DNA from: Octopus vulgaris
Lineage: Eukaryota
Assembly (NCBI GenBank): GCA_951406725.2
Contig: OX597820.1
Coordinates: forward strand, 30,256,001-30,320,000
Direction of reading: 5' to 3'
Length of the DNA: 64,000 bases
Made by a program: the position numbers and the translations under genes. The notes under the pieces are model-generated. The model worked only from the letters and a program-made list of their open reading frames with translations. It was not told where the DNA came from and searched no databases. Shown here in pieces: positions 38,729 through 51,782 of this stretch (positions within the stretch are counted from its first letter, which is position 1; every line of letters starts with the position of its first letter).

Positions 38729-38984
38729 ATTGCAGGGTGGAAGGTATTTATAAGCCATTTAAGAAACACACAAAGATGCACCACGGAATTTTGTCAGTGA
38801 ACAGGTCGCGGTCTCAAAGCGATGAAAATATTTTGAAAAATTAAATTTAAATGTTGAAATGAATCAAACGGTTTTTGTGTGTTTCTTAAATGGCTTATAA
38901 AGACCTTCCACGCTGCAATTGTTTTTGTTCCAGCACACGATCTCAGATCAGGTCACTTGCTATGCAAGTACATCTCCGTAGCTC
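38729..38984 (+). mobile_element. Fold-back Penelope-like element with G3:C8 variant HHR (38790-38840)
   Basis: TSD TATAATTATAGCA (38716-38728 and 38985-38997); inverted arms at ~38727-38774 and ~38874-38921; one-sided tail. Confidence 0.7.
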
Positions 38985-39197
38985 TATAATTATAGCATTT
39001 TCTGAGAATGACCAAGATCAGGAATGTCTGAAAAAGCATTTTTGTTGTATATTTGTGCTTAATTAAGTCACATTTTGGAGAAGAAAAATTGTTATAGAAT
39101 TCACAATAATACAGCTTCTTTCCTGTATGAATAAATTTATAAGTAGTTAAGCTATATGATGTAACAAAGAATGGTTTACTACATATCCCATTAATAT

Positions 39198-41228
39198 TTA
39201 TGGTTTTTGTCTTGTATGGATACGTTTGTGAACAGTTACATCACCACTTCCCGTGAATGATTTACCACAAATATCACAATGATATGGTTTCTCTCCTGTA
39301 TGAATGCGTTTGTGTTTAGTTAAGCTACACATCACAGAGAAAGAGTTACCACAAATGTCACAGTGATACGGCTTCTCCCCTGTATGAACACGCTTGTGTG
39401 TAGTTACGTCACCTTTCCTAGAGAATGACTTACCACAGATATCACATTCATATGGCTTGTATCCTGTATGAATACGCTTGTGCACAGTCAAGTCACTATT
39501 TCTTGAGAATGATTTACCACAGATATCACAGTGAAACGGCTTCTCCCCTGTATGAATGGGCTTGTGTCCACTTAAGTGACCTATTTGAGAGAATGATTTA
39601 CCACAAATTTCACAATGGTATTGCTTATCTCCTGTATGTACACGTTTGTGAGTAGTTAATTCACAACTTTGAGAAAATGATTTACCACAGATATCACAGT
39701 GATATGGCTTCTCTCCTGTATGAATACGTTTGTGAGTAGTCAGTTTACCACGTTGAGAGAAAGATTTACCACAGACGTCACAGGGATATGGCTTCTCTCC
39801 AGTATGAGTACGTTTGTGTTTAGCTAAGTCACTATTTTGACGGAATTTTTTGCCACAAGTGTCACAGTAACATGAATGCCCTCCTGTATGAATTAGTTTG
39901 TGTTTAGTTAGATTACTTTTTCCACAGAATGATTTGCCACAGATATCACAGCTATATGGCTTCTCCCCTGTATGTATACGTTTGTGAGTAGTTAAACTGG
40001 ATTTGACAGAGAATGATTTACCACATATATTACAGAGATATGGCTTCTCTCCTGTATGAATGCGCTTGTGAGTAGTCAATTCACCACTTCTAGAGAATGA
40101 TTTACCACAGGTATCACAGTGGAATGGCTTTTCTCCTGTATGAATGCGTTTGTGAGTAGTTAAGTCAACATTATAAGAGAAAGATTTACCACAAACATCA
40201 CAGTGATATGGTTTCTCCCCTGTATGAATGCGTTTGTGTCCAGTTAAATGGCTTAGTCGGGATAACAATTTGCCACAGATATCACAGTGATATGGTTTCT
40301 CTCCTGTATGAATTTGTTTGTGTTTGGTCAAGTTACCTTTTCCAGTGAATGATTTACCACAGATATCACAGTGATGTGGCCTTTCTCCTGTATGAACGCG
40401 GTTGTGTACAGTTAAGTCAGTTATTCGACAGAATGATTTGCCACATACATTACAGTGATGTGGTTTCTCTCCTGTATGAATATATTTATGGGCAGTTAAG
40501 TCACTACTTCGAGAGAATGATTTGTCACAGATATTACAATGATGTTGATTCTCTCCCGTATGAGTATGTCTGTGTTTAGTTAAGTTACTTTTCCCAGAGA
40601 ATGATTTACCACAGATATCACAGTAATGGGGCTTTTCTCCTGTATGAATACGTTTATGAGAAACTACGGTTCCTTTATCAGTAAATGATTTACCACAGAT
40701 GTCACAGTGATATGGCTTTTCTCCAGTATGTACACGTTTGTGAATAATCAAGCAGCCACTTCGAGAGAAAGCTTTTCCACATATACCACAGCAAAATGGC
40801 TTCTCCCCTGTATGAATACGTTTGTGCCGAGTTAAATTACTTGATCCAGAGAATGATTTACCACAAGTTTCACAGTGATATTGTCTACCTCCTGTATGAA
40901 TACGCATGTGAGTTTTAAGGTCCTTGCTTTTAGAGAATGATATGCCACAAGTATCACAGTGATATAGACTCTCCTCTTTGTAAATATATTTCTGCACAGT
41001 TAACTCCCCATCCTGAGAAAACAATTTACCACAGATATCACAATGATCTGGTTTCTCTCCTGTATGAACGTGTTCATGTCTACTTAGGTCACTTTCCTGA
41101 GAGAATGACTTCTTACAGACACAACAGTGGAATGCTGTTTTACCAATCTGTTTTAGCATCTCGTCAGAATCGATCCATCTAGATTGTGTTTGATATTTCA
41201 CCTGGCTCTCACATAATTCATTTGCCAT
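39198..41228 (-). CDS. C2H2 zinc-finger protein, 676 aa, 23 finger units (22 intact), single coding exon
   Basis: Tandem CxxC-x12-HxxxH repeats with TGEKPY linkers; ~32-aa leader with no recognisable effector domain; candidate upstream acceptor TTATTTCAG at 41667. Confidence 0.95.
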   Translation of the reverse strand: MANELCESQVKYQTQSRWIDSDEMLKQIGKTAFHCCVCKKSFSQESDLSRHEHVHTGEKPDHCDICGKLFSQDGELTVQKYIYKEESLYHCDTCGISFSKSKDLKTHMRIHTGGRQYHCETCGKSFSGSSNLTRHKRIHTGEKPFCCGICGKAFSRSGCLIIHKRVHTGEKPYHCDICGKSFTDKGTVVSHKRIHTGEKPHYCDICGKSFSGKSNLTKHRHTHTGENQHHCNICDKSFSRSSDLTAHKYIHTGEKPHHCNVCGKSFCRITDLTVHNRVHTGERPHHCDICGKSFTGKGNLTKHKQIHTGEKPYHCDICGKLLSRLSHLTGHKRIHTGEKPYHCDVCGKSFSYNVDLTTHKRIHTGEKPFHCDTCGKSFSRSGELTTHKRIHTGEKPYLCNICGKSFSVKSSLTTHKRIHTGEKPYSCDICGKSFCGKSNLTKHKLIHTGGHSCYCDTCGKKFRQNSDLAKHKRTHTGEKPYPCDVCGKSFSQRGKLTTHKRIHTGEKPYHCDICGKSFSQSCELTTHKRVHTGDKQYHCEICGKSFSQIGHLSGHKPIHTGEKPFHCDICGKSFSRNSDLTVHKRIHTGYKPYECDICGKSFSRKGDVTTHKRVHTGEKPYHCDICGNSFSVMCSLTKHKRIHTGEKPYHCDICGKSFTGSGDVTVHKRIHTRQKP

Positions 41229-44200
41229 AATTTTTTTTTTTATTCTGTCACCACAATATATGGATATTTTTCTTCATATTTTATTCCTAATATATACTTC
41301 TTCAACTATTTTTCCATCATCTTAGATCCTGTCAATATTTGAAAATGCTGCAGACAATCATAAGCAGATTTTATTGAGATTTAAGGATTTCTGGGATAAT
41401 TATTCCAAGATGATTTTTTTGTGACAAAACCTTGACTGGTAATAAGGAACCAACAAAAAAAAAATGAATCCATTTATCTTGTGTATATTCCTGGTAGTGA
41501 AGTAGAGAAGTACTGTTACCAGTCTCAGTTTAAGAAGAAATATTTCATAATTCAACCACAAAATCATATAAAGAGAGTTTCATCTGTTGTGTACAACATT
41601 TTCCTTTCAACTTTAAAAGACGATGAAAATTGTTGAAAAATTTCAATGCCAATGTTATCTGGTAATCTGAAATAATAAATAAAGAATTTAATTTACAGAG
41701 GATACTTAAAAACAAAGGATATGCATTCCTATACTGTAAATAAGCTCTAGATACAAACCTTTATGTGAATAATTGGACTTCGCTTTATAATTTTTCATAA
41801 AAAATTTACATCAGACAACCTCAGGTGAATTCTTCAAGCACAGGTGTGACTGTGTGGTAAGAAGCTTGCTTCCCAACCACAAGGTTTGGGTTCAGTCCCA
41901 CTGTGTGGCACCTTGGGCAAGTGTCTTCTACTATAGCCTTGGGTTAACCAAAGCCTTTATTTGGTAGACAGAAACTGAAGGAAGCCCATCATATAACATA
42001 TATCTATGTGTGTGTGTCTTTGTGTCTGTGTTTGTCACACATACACACATGGCAACTGGTGCTGGTGTGTTTATATTACCAGAACTAAGTGGTTCATCAA
42101 AAGAGGTTGATAGAATAAGCAGCAGGCCTAAAAAGTAAGTCTTGGGGTAAAATCTTTCGACTAAACAATTCTCCAAAGTGGTGCCCCAGCATGGCCGCAG
42201 TCTAATGACTGAAACAAGTAAAAGAAAAGATTGTAAACTCCACCTACACTTTTAGATTGTGTTCTATAGTATATTTTAAATGACAGAATAGCAGAACTTG
42301 AAATTCTTCTTTCATTAGAGATGTCATTAGTCAATCCTTTCATTAGAGATGTCATTAGTCAATCCTTAGGGGTTTAGTTTCAGATTAGCCCTAATGCAGC
42401 AGACCTATGATCAGAAAAGTTTTGAGCTTTTAATAAGACAATTAAATCATGTTTGGCAGAATCTTTAGAATATCAGACCAAATGCATTGCGTTACTTGTT
42501 CCAGCTCTCTTCACTTTCAGTTCAAATCCCACTAAGGTTAACTTTGCCTCACACACCTTTGGGGTTAATAAACAAAGTACCAGCACAGAGCTGGTGCAAC
42601 CCTCTCTTCCTCTGGCTGTAACATCACAGATGTTCTGCTAGTTCAAAGGAAGAAGAAGGCTCAAGAAGGTCTCTTTATGTACTCACAATTATACAGGCAC
42701 CAAAACCCATTTGTGAAAGCATGGGATTTGTTGATACCAAATCATTCTCAATTGCAATTGTAAAGTAAATCTAGGACTACATCATTTGATAGTGCCCTTT
42801 TTTAAGATAAGGTAAAATTAACTGCTTGCTACAGGAGGCACGTGGCTTAGTGGTTAGGGTGTCAGTACCATGATCGTAAGACTGTGGTTTTGATTCCTGG
42901 ACCGGGTGACACGTTGTGTTCTTGAGCAAAACACTTCATTTCACGTTGCTCCAGTCCACTCAGCTGGCAAAAATGAGCAACGCTGCAATGGACTGGCGAC
43001 CCATCCAGCTGGGGTACACATACGTCCTTGAAACTGGGAAACCGGGCCCATGAGCCTGGCTAGGCTTTAAAAGGGCGCAGAGACAGTCCAATGACTTAAA
43101 ACAAGTAAAAGAAGATATGTTTTGAAGAGTGTGAAAAGAATCTCTGTAGTAAATTGCTTAACCATTTTGATATCAACTTGTCTGAAACTGCTCCGAGTTC
43201 TACAATACAAACTACCTATTTTAAAATGAACGGAATTAAAACCATTCATCAAAATTTCATGTTAATTTATGCTCTAAAAAACCAACTTAATAGTAACAAA
43301 AGGAATATGGCGAAGTTCAAGCACCTGTTCTCTTTCTATCAGTAGCACTTCGTTTACAGTTTATCCATCCAGACCAATGAAACATCTCTCATGAACTAAT
43401 CTAATGATGTGGAAGGAGGGTTCCTGGCCTAGTGGTTTGGGTGTTGGATCTTTGATCCTCAGGTCATGCTTTCCATTTCCACACTCAGCAGTGTGATGTG
43501 TTCTTGAAGAAAACACTTCATTTCACATTACTCCAATTCCCTCAGACGAAATTTAGTACCAGCTAACTGCTGGAGGTCAATTCCAGCGGCGGGACAGTTG
43601 TCTCTTTCAGGACGAGACAGTACTGAATGCTATGTTATTCATATGCCATGGAAACTGGAAGCTCCAACCTAAATGATCTGACGGTTCACAACAGACCTCA
43701 GACATTAATCTAAGGACGAATGTAGAAAAAAAAAACATTTTTTACGTCATCTGCGGATATAATACAAAACACATTGTTTTCCATCAAGTGATAATATATC
43801 GAACTAAACATGCTCTTTAAGGATCACTGGAAGAAGTTGTTAACATTTTGTTTTTCTTAATAAAACATTAGAATCTGAGAAGTTTTCATCTTTCTCGCAA
43901 CACTTTGTTAAAGAGAAATGACTTTGTCAAAGTTGAAGGATGAAGAAATTAGGACTAATAGAGTTTCTATTTCTATTGCTTTGAACGCTTAACATAAACT
44001 CAGATTTTTTTTTCCCTCTTTTCAATATGCCTTCTATTTCATGTTGATACTGAATAATACAAAGCATCATATCTTCGATATTTTTATGTTGTACGATCGC
44101 CTGAGTATCGAAAACGCGTAACTGAGTAATTAAAGAAAAGATTAAACATAGGTATCTTCGTGTAAAAGCTGAGTCAAAAGACTAATTTGAAATTAGGACT

Positions 44201-45272
44201 GTAAAAGCGGTCAAGGTGGCAATTAAAACAGAACTTTTGTTTTAACTTATTTCAGTTTGTAGGACCCCTATGCAAAAATCGAAAGATCGCAAAATTCTTT
44301 TACTATCATATACCGTAAAACTGACAAAAGATTAAAACTATAAAAATTAAAATTAACCGCTAAAATAAGTTTTTAAAAAGTACCACTTCTTTTAAAGGTA
44401 AATGTGATATAAGATAATTACAGCGTATTCTCGAAGACATGGGAATGTATAAAAACATCATGGTTTTCTGCAAATAATTCAAACGAAAAAATACTGCTTA
44501 CTGCAGAGGTGGCTGCAAACATTGAAAGTTCATAATTTTGCTGACTCTTAAGCATCATTAAATCTTATAATCAATATAGGTTCTGGTAAATTTTTACAAG
44601 TGTTTTAAACAGTGCTTTTGTTTTCTTCCCATAATACACATGCTTTTAAAACTAAAATCTTGCTGATTCTTATATATAGCATAAAATCTTTAAAATTATT
44701 TTGTTTTGTTGTTTCTGATTAAATACTTACAAATTGCGTAAAAGTTTGTTTTTTTTCTCTCCTGGTGAAATATGTAGTTTTCAAATGAAAGTATTTTTCT
44801 ATCTACTATAAGCAATATTTCGTTTTCGTTTCGGCATTTCACGTAAACCAAGAATTTTTTACACATACCCATTTCTTTGAAATCCCGCCGTAATTCACCA
44901 CATTTAACCAAACATTTAATCAGATAAGGCTCAAATAAAACTCAAATCGAAAATAAAAAGAGAACTATGTCTTTCAATATGATTTCGAAATGTAATTCAA
45001 AATTTTACCAACCTTCCACTATGTTATAGGTCCTAAAACAATGTTATTATTGTTTACCTACAATGGCCATCACAAAGCTAAAGCGCTTCTAAAAATCAAC
45101 AACCAATAGAATTTCTTGTTTCTTTAAAAGATGCCCGCCAAGATCACAAATGCGATTACTCTATATAGGATTCTCACATTTATACTTATAAACCTTTTTC
45201 TACAATTGCTTTTATTATAAACTATCTTTGACCCACATTTTTAGTTAATTACCATTGCATTGATGATGTACA

Positions 45273-45888
<616 letters not shown>

Positions 45889-46074
45889 TTATTAAAGAAG
45901 AAGGAGTACGGCATACAAATATATGGTTACCATACATGTATAGATGTCAGGTATGAAAGCATCTCCAGTTACTTCAATGCAACAAGGTCACTAGCTTTAA
46001 CAATGTTCATTCTTATTTCTCTCAGTATGCACCAGAACTAGCTTCTAATATCACCAAAATCTTCTCTATCTCTC

Positions 46075-46114
<40 letters not shown>

Positions 46115-46139
46115 TCAGAGAGCTCCTACTTCTATTGGT

Positions 46140-46630
46140 AACAAAGGGCATCTCCCTCAGAGTGGAAGTAGTATGCTTCACTGGATGTGCAATGTCTGTG
46201 CATGCACAACAGAGTATAAGTGTCTTGAGAGAAAAACTGGGCATAAAAGGCATCAAATGTCACATGTAAGAGAGATAACTGTGCTGGTGTGGTCGTGATA
46301 TGTATGGACGAGGACAGCTGCGTGAAGAAGTGCTGATCTCTAACAGTGGAAGGAAACTGGAAGAGGTAGACCCAGGAAGACATGGGACAAAGTGGTGAAG
46401 CATGATCTTCGAATGTTGGGCCTCGGATTCATAGGCTTGCAAGCTACATGGCAGCCTCACTTGTGCCAAAAGCACAAGAAATGCACCCAGTACACTTAGT
46501 AAAGTGGTTGGCATTAGAAAAGGCATCCAGCCATAGAAAGCAGACACTGGAACATAATGCTGTCCTTGGATCCTGTCAAATCATCCAACTTATGCTAACA
46601 TGGACATTAAATGATGATAATGACAATGAT
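46140..46630 (+). mobile_element. RTE-clade LINE 3' fragment and tail
   Basis: LREKLGIKGI...LCWCG...EDSCVKKC...VEG..GRGRPRKTW. Related tail fragments at ~47250-47680, 57565-57820 and 63893-63976 (minus). Confidence 0.7.
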
Positions 46631-49379
46631 CTTTATATTTAGAAACATGTTACAGTAAACCATCCCCAAGAAGGCAACATCTCTGAGCCCATCAACTATC
46701 AATCAAAAGTTCTTGTTTTGTGCTAGTAGATGAGGGGAGCTACATGGCTTCTCACATTTAGCAATGAGTGAGGTATCTCTGTATTTAGCAAAGATAGGGG
46801 CTAGCTCTGGAGTGAACTGTTTGAAAGTAATTAAAGGGACATAGTCAGGGTCTGTGGTGTTGGTTTTATGCTACCAGAAATGATTTTCGTATTTCGTGTG
46901 TATGTGTACAAAATAGTAAGATTGGTGGAATAAAGATATTTTTGTGAATTTTTGCAGAATGTGTGCTAAGAATGTGCAAAAAAGCATTTACTGCAATAGT
47001 ACAGCTTATGGTACCTTATTAGAAAGATTCCATGAAGTTGATAAAGAATGCTTTGACAAAGAACTGGAGAAAACAACTGTAATTTGGGAGGTGGAAGAGT
47101 GTGCAGACTATAAGCTGTACAGAGGCATCTGTTACTTTACCAATTATTGGAATCTAGTATAAGTTGCAGTAGTAGATAAAAGTCATTCAGTTGGTAGAGA
47201 TGGTTGACTTTTGGCAGTATCTTTAGCTTGTGCTCCTACAGGACAGCTATCATCATCATCATCACCATCATCATTTAGCATCTGTTTTCCATGCTGGTAT
47301 GGATAAGATGGTTTGACTGGAGCTGGTAAACTGGAGAGCTGCACCAGGCTCCAGTCTGTTTTGGCTTGGTTTCTATGGCTGGATGCCCTTCTGAAGGCTA
47401 ACCTATTTCTTTACTACCCACAAGGGGCTAAACACAGAGAGGACAAACGGATTACGTCGATTATATTGACTCCAGTGCGTAACTGGTACTTATTTAATCG
47501 ACCCTGAAAGGATGAAAGGCAAAGTCGACCTCGGCGGAATTTGAACTCAGAACGTAGCGGCAGACGAAATATGGCTACGCATTTCACCCGGCGTGCTAAT
47601 GGTTCTGCCAGCTCACCGCCTTCTGAAGGCTAACCATTCTACAGTGTATACTGAATGTCTTTTACACGTCACCAGCACAACTATTTGGTGATTGGGATTA
47701 TGAGCCTTGGTTGTATGAGAGAGATGAAGGTACATTCTTAAGATTGTTAAGGACACTGGCATAGGTGTCTTGGATGAATCCAGAGTGAAACACATTTACT
47801 GTTAGGGATAGTTAGTGTTAAATTGGCACATCTGGAATGTCACTGATCATGAGTCTGCATACTGAGGGCTGACCTGGGGTTAAACAACAACCTGTAATCT
47901 ATGACTTTTTGATCATATCTGATCCAAGAACCTTATAGCTAAAACCTGTTCCAAAACAGGAAATGAGTTAACGTGTAAATATATCAAGTAATAAGTGAGG
48001 AATCACAACTAGCATTGAATGTAGGTCTAGTTAGCCTAACTATGTCTAATATTTCGAAGTAACTCTATGAAGACATATGAACAAACAGTATTTGTAGTCC
48101 AACACTGCAAATTAGAAAACTTTTGCTAATTATACACAGCTGTCTCAGAATATAACGCTAAGCTGTATCTTTGTATGGTGGGTTTTTTTTACCATTGATT
48201 GGAACTAGCAACCGAGAAATAAGTATTTTATTTATAAACACAATTGAAGGGTTAATTGACCTTAAGTTAAACATAGAATCTGTGACACTCCCGAGAAATA
48301 ATATTTCACATTAAAGATCAGTCGACGGACGAGATGGTCACATCTGGAATGCCTTTGATCATGTGTCTGCTCGATCAGGGCTGATCTGAGGCGAAGTAAT
48401 AACCTGTGGTTTCTACCCTTTTGACCATATCTGAATCCAAGTCCATGTAGCTAAAATACTGTATTTCATAACGGGAAATAAGTTATAATGGGAAAATATC
48501 TTTAAAAATATAAGGAGAGTTACATATCACATCGAGTGAAGGTCTGGTTAGCTTAGATTGTCTTCTATTTACTCCTTATGCATACATCCATACATTCTTT
48601 GTCTGAAGTCGAGAATTAGTTCCCCTGATAAAGTATTGTCAATTCGCTCAAGCACCGGCTGTTTATGTATATCTGATGGATGCTAATTTACGCTGCCGCT
48701 ACATGTAGTTTCTATTTCTCAGTGAGGCGTTAGTCTTATGTAAAGTTCTTTGATAATGAGATTGATGTCTTCATCGTTTGAAATACATACAAGTTGTTGC
48801 GAAAGTATCTCTACTTTTGTAGAGTTGAAGTTTGATCGTAATGTGAACATCTGATATATTTCATATTCGGACTGCATTGATATGTAAGTATCAATTATTA
48901 GTACGAAAACAAGAAGCTACACTAAGATCTGTCTCAGTATTAATTTGTTTGGTAGTTGCAGAAGAATTTATTTTCTGGCACAGTACTGTAACCACCCAAG
49001 TCTTGGTTTTGGAATTCTTTTAGTATTGATTTGTATAGAATTTTTGTTTTGTTGTTATTAACCTTGATTGACCAAACTTATGATCAAAGAAGAGTAAGCT
49101 CCTTTTTAAAGTACGATTTACCGTACGATTGAACCGACAGTAAAATTTAATGATAGAAATTAGGAAGAAAAAAAAAAGTTTATCAGTAATTTTACTATCA
49201 CTTAAATCGTTGTTATGCATGCTGTAAAATGATTATCTTTAGCATTTTACATCCGTTCCCAATCGAAGAATTTACCTTGATATCGCTTGTAAACAATGGA
49301 GTACGATTCTGGACTCAAATTTCTATATAGTGGTTAGTCAAGAGTGCATGGTTTATTATCCTTGCTCTCACGTGTGGAT

Positions 49380-50658
49380 TGGCATTTTTTAGAAGAGATG
49401 GCATTTGAACGGACTCTAAATGACATTTATTTAACTGTGAATAAGCTGAATAACAATAAGTCTCCAGGGTCTGATGGAATCTGTGCAGAGGTCTTGAAAT
49501 ATAGGGATGACCAAATGTTTGAACTCTTAAATATATTATGAGGAAGTGCCTTAAGACTGGATTGATGCCATTTTTGTCTTCTTGTATAAATTGGGGCCAA
49601 AGGATCTATGTGGTAATTTTCGTGGGATTTTGCTTTTGCCTGTAGTTGGAAAGGTAGTTGCCCACATTCTGTTAGACTGTTTAAATACGTTCATAGTTCC
49701 AAATATAGTGTCTGAGTCTCAGTGTGGTTTTCACTTCTCCAGGGGCACAGTTGATTGTATCTTTACTATCAGACAATTTCAGGAAAAGTGCATTGAACAG
49801 AATTTTACCCTATATCATTGCTTTGTTGATTTAAGCAAGGTATTTGATGCTGTTAATTGAAATGCTCTGTGGCTAATTCTAAGGGAAATAAGTTACCCAG
49901 AAAAATTTGTAAATATGACCAGGGCTTTGCATCAAGATATGAAAGCTAGAGTTAATTTTGGTAGTAGACTTTTTGCCATGAAAATGTCTTTGCTTCTGCA
50001 GGCATCACTTCAATTAAATCAATGATTCTGAAAAATCAAATGAGATGGTCTGGCCATATTGTCTGAATGGCGGATGAATGCATACCCAAACAGCTGTTTT
50101 TATGGTGAGCTTGCAGAAAGGAAATGCAATTGATGTAAAAGAGGTTTAAAGATGGCATAAGGACTACCATGAAGTCCAGACTGAGTTGGATGGCAAGCAT
50201 AGGTGTGGAGTGAAGTGAAAGCTTTTGAGGAGGCTAGGATGACATATGCAAGACTCAAGATAGATTTAAAGATGACTGTTGCAATTGAGAAGATGAACCT
50301 CAGTGACCTTTTTTGTACACAGTTTGTGACAGATCATGCCTTTCTTTTGCTGAGCTTATATCTCATTTGCAAACCCATGAACAACAAACCTCCACCAACT
50401 ACTCTGCCTATATATTTGTACACATCTTTCAATGCTGTGTATGCCATTGGGTCTACAAATCTAACGGAGGCCTCAAAAGATATTTAAGATCCACAAAGAT
50501 CAGAACTTAACTGCAGCTCTTGGTGGTCCAAATCAGATATGCAATCTATGTGGGTGTCTTTTCAATACATTGGTTTAAAAAGTCACATCAGATGCCATGA
50601 TGAATCTAAGGAGTAAGTACAATAGGTGGCCAGACTTTGCATAAGGAGTAGACAACCA

Positions 50659-50660
<2 letters not shown>
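49380..50660 (+). mobile_element. Degenerate, internally deleted RTE LINE (RT domain and C-terminal zinc fingers)
   Basis: NKSPGSDGICAEVLK; CGNFRGILLLPVVGKV; SESQCGF..RGTVDCIFTIRQFQEKCIEQN..FVDLSKVFDAVN; RWSGHIV; C-terminal CxxC..H units. Confidence 0.9.
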
Positions 50661-50704
<44 letters not shown>

Positions 50705-50709
<5 letters not shown>

Positions 50710-50821
50710 GCTGAAGATTGCTCTACATTTTAAATTGATGTAATGTTTGCATTGTTCAATTAAATGGAGTCACGTGAAACGATTGTACTGCATTACCTCT
50801 GGATATCCTTGGTGATTATTT

Positions 50822-50826
<5 letters not shown>
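50705..50826 (+). mobile_element. Penelope-like fragment with long-stem-II HHR (family of 16012-16105)
   Basis: AUGCAG-CUGAAGA-...-GAAA-CGAUUG-UA-CUGCAU at 50705-50793, embedded between (TA)n tracts. Confidence 0.7.
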
Positions 50827-50904
<78 letters not shown>

Positions 50905-51309
50905 CACATACACACATCTAACTTTCAGTATCTTTTTATCTCTAATAATACTTGAGTTGACATTTATAGTATATTTTCTTTTATTTCAGATTTTCACAAC
51001 CAATTGAGATAATCATTTCTCGTCCAAGCTACGTCATCAAATTTATATTTTGAAGACTGCAATTATGTGTAGTAGAACACCTGTTACATTGTTTACTTCT
51101 CTTCAGTTAAAATCTGCATTATTTCTTCTGATTTCCAACTTACAATAAAAGCACTTTTATACTATATTCACATGTTAACTGAATGATCTTGTCATGAACT
51201 TAAACTTGAAAAGCTGACTAATTATTTTCACTTAGACTGTGTACTGGCTCTTTCAGATTTTGATTTAACTAAATGGCTGGAACTAGTTTAAGAATTTATT
51301 TTGACTTAA

Positions 51310-51524
51310 CCCACTTAGCATTTAAATTGGTTATATTTGACCCAAATATTCTATCTGATTTATGTTCAAACTGGCCAGATCCTACCTATCACACCTACTC
51401 TCATTCTAGAAAATAAACAATCACATCATTGAAATCTCGAAGCTACATGATAATGTAGGATTAATTCAAAACAATGTGAATAAATAAGCATCATATTTGA
51501 CAGAATAATCTGAATGCTAAAGGG
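51310..51524. mobile_element. piggyBac-like MITE
   Basis: TTAA-CCC...GGG-TTAA with imperfect TIRs; lies in the predicted 5' UTR of the ZNF at 51783. Confidence 0.75.
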
Positions 51525-51782
51525 TTAAAAATTACCAAATTTAGTTCTGGAAAAGGATTCTATCCTACAAGAAATTAGACTACAAATGTCTGCAGTTGAG
51601 AAAACTTCAAATTTAATGAGAAGGAAAGGGGAAAAAAATAGGACTATTTTACAGAAAGTATAGGTTTAGAATAATTCTTTAGAAATTTGTTCCAACATGT
51701 CCTAACCATGATGGCTAAAACAGACTAAAGAACATAAATCAGAAAAGTAAAATAATTTTTGTGATTTGTAAAAGAGAACATA

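Noticed and set aside
39425-41182. Short antisense and alternative-frame ORFs over the ZNF genes (also 51967-52998 and 59444-60223)
   Set aside because: Shadow ORFs of the periodic zinc-finger codon pattern.
39198-41228. CRISPR-like regularly spaced repeats (84-bp period)
   Set aside because: The periodicity is the 28-aa C2H2 unit; the context is eukaryotic and there are no cas genes.
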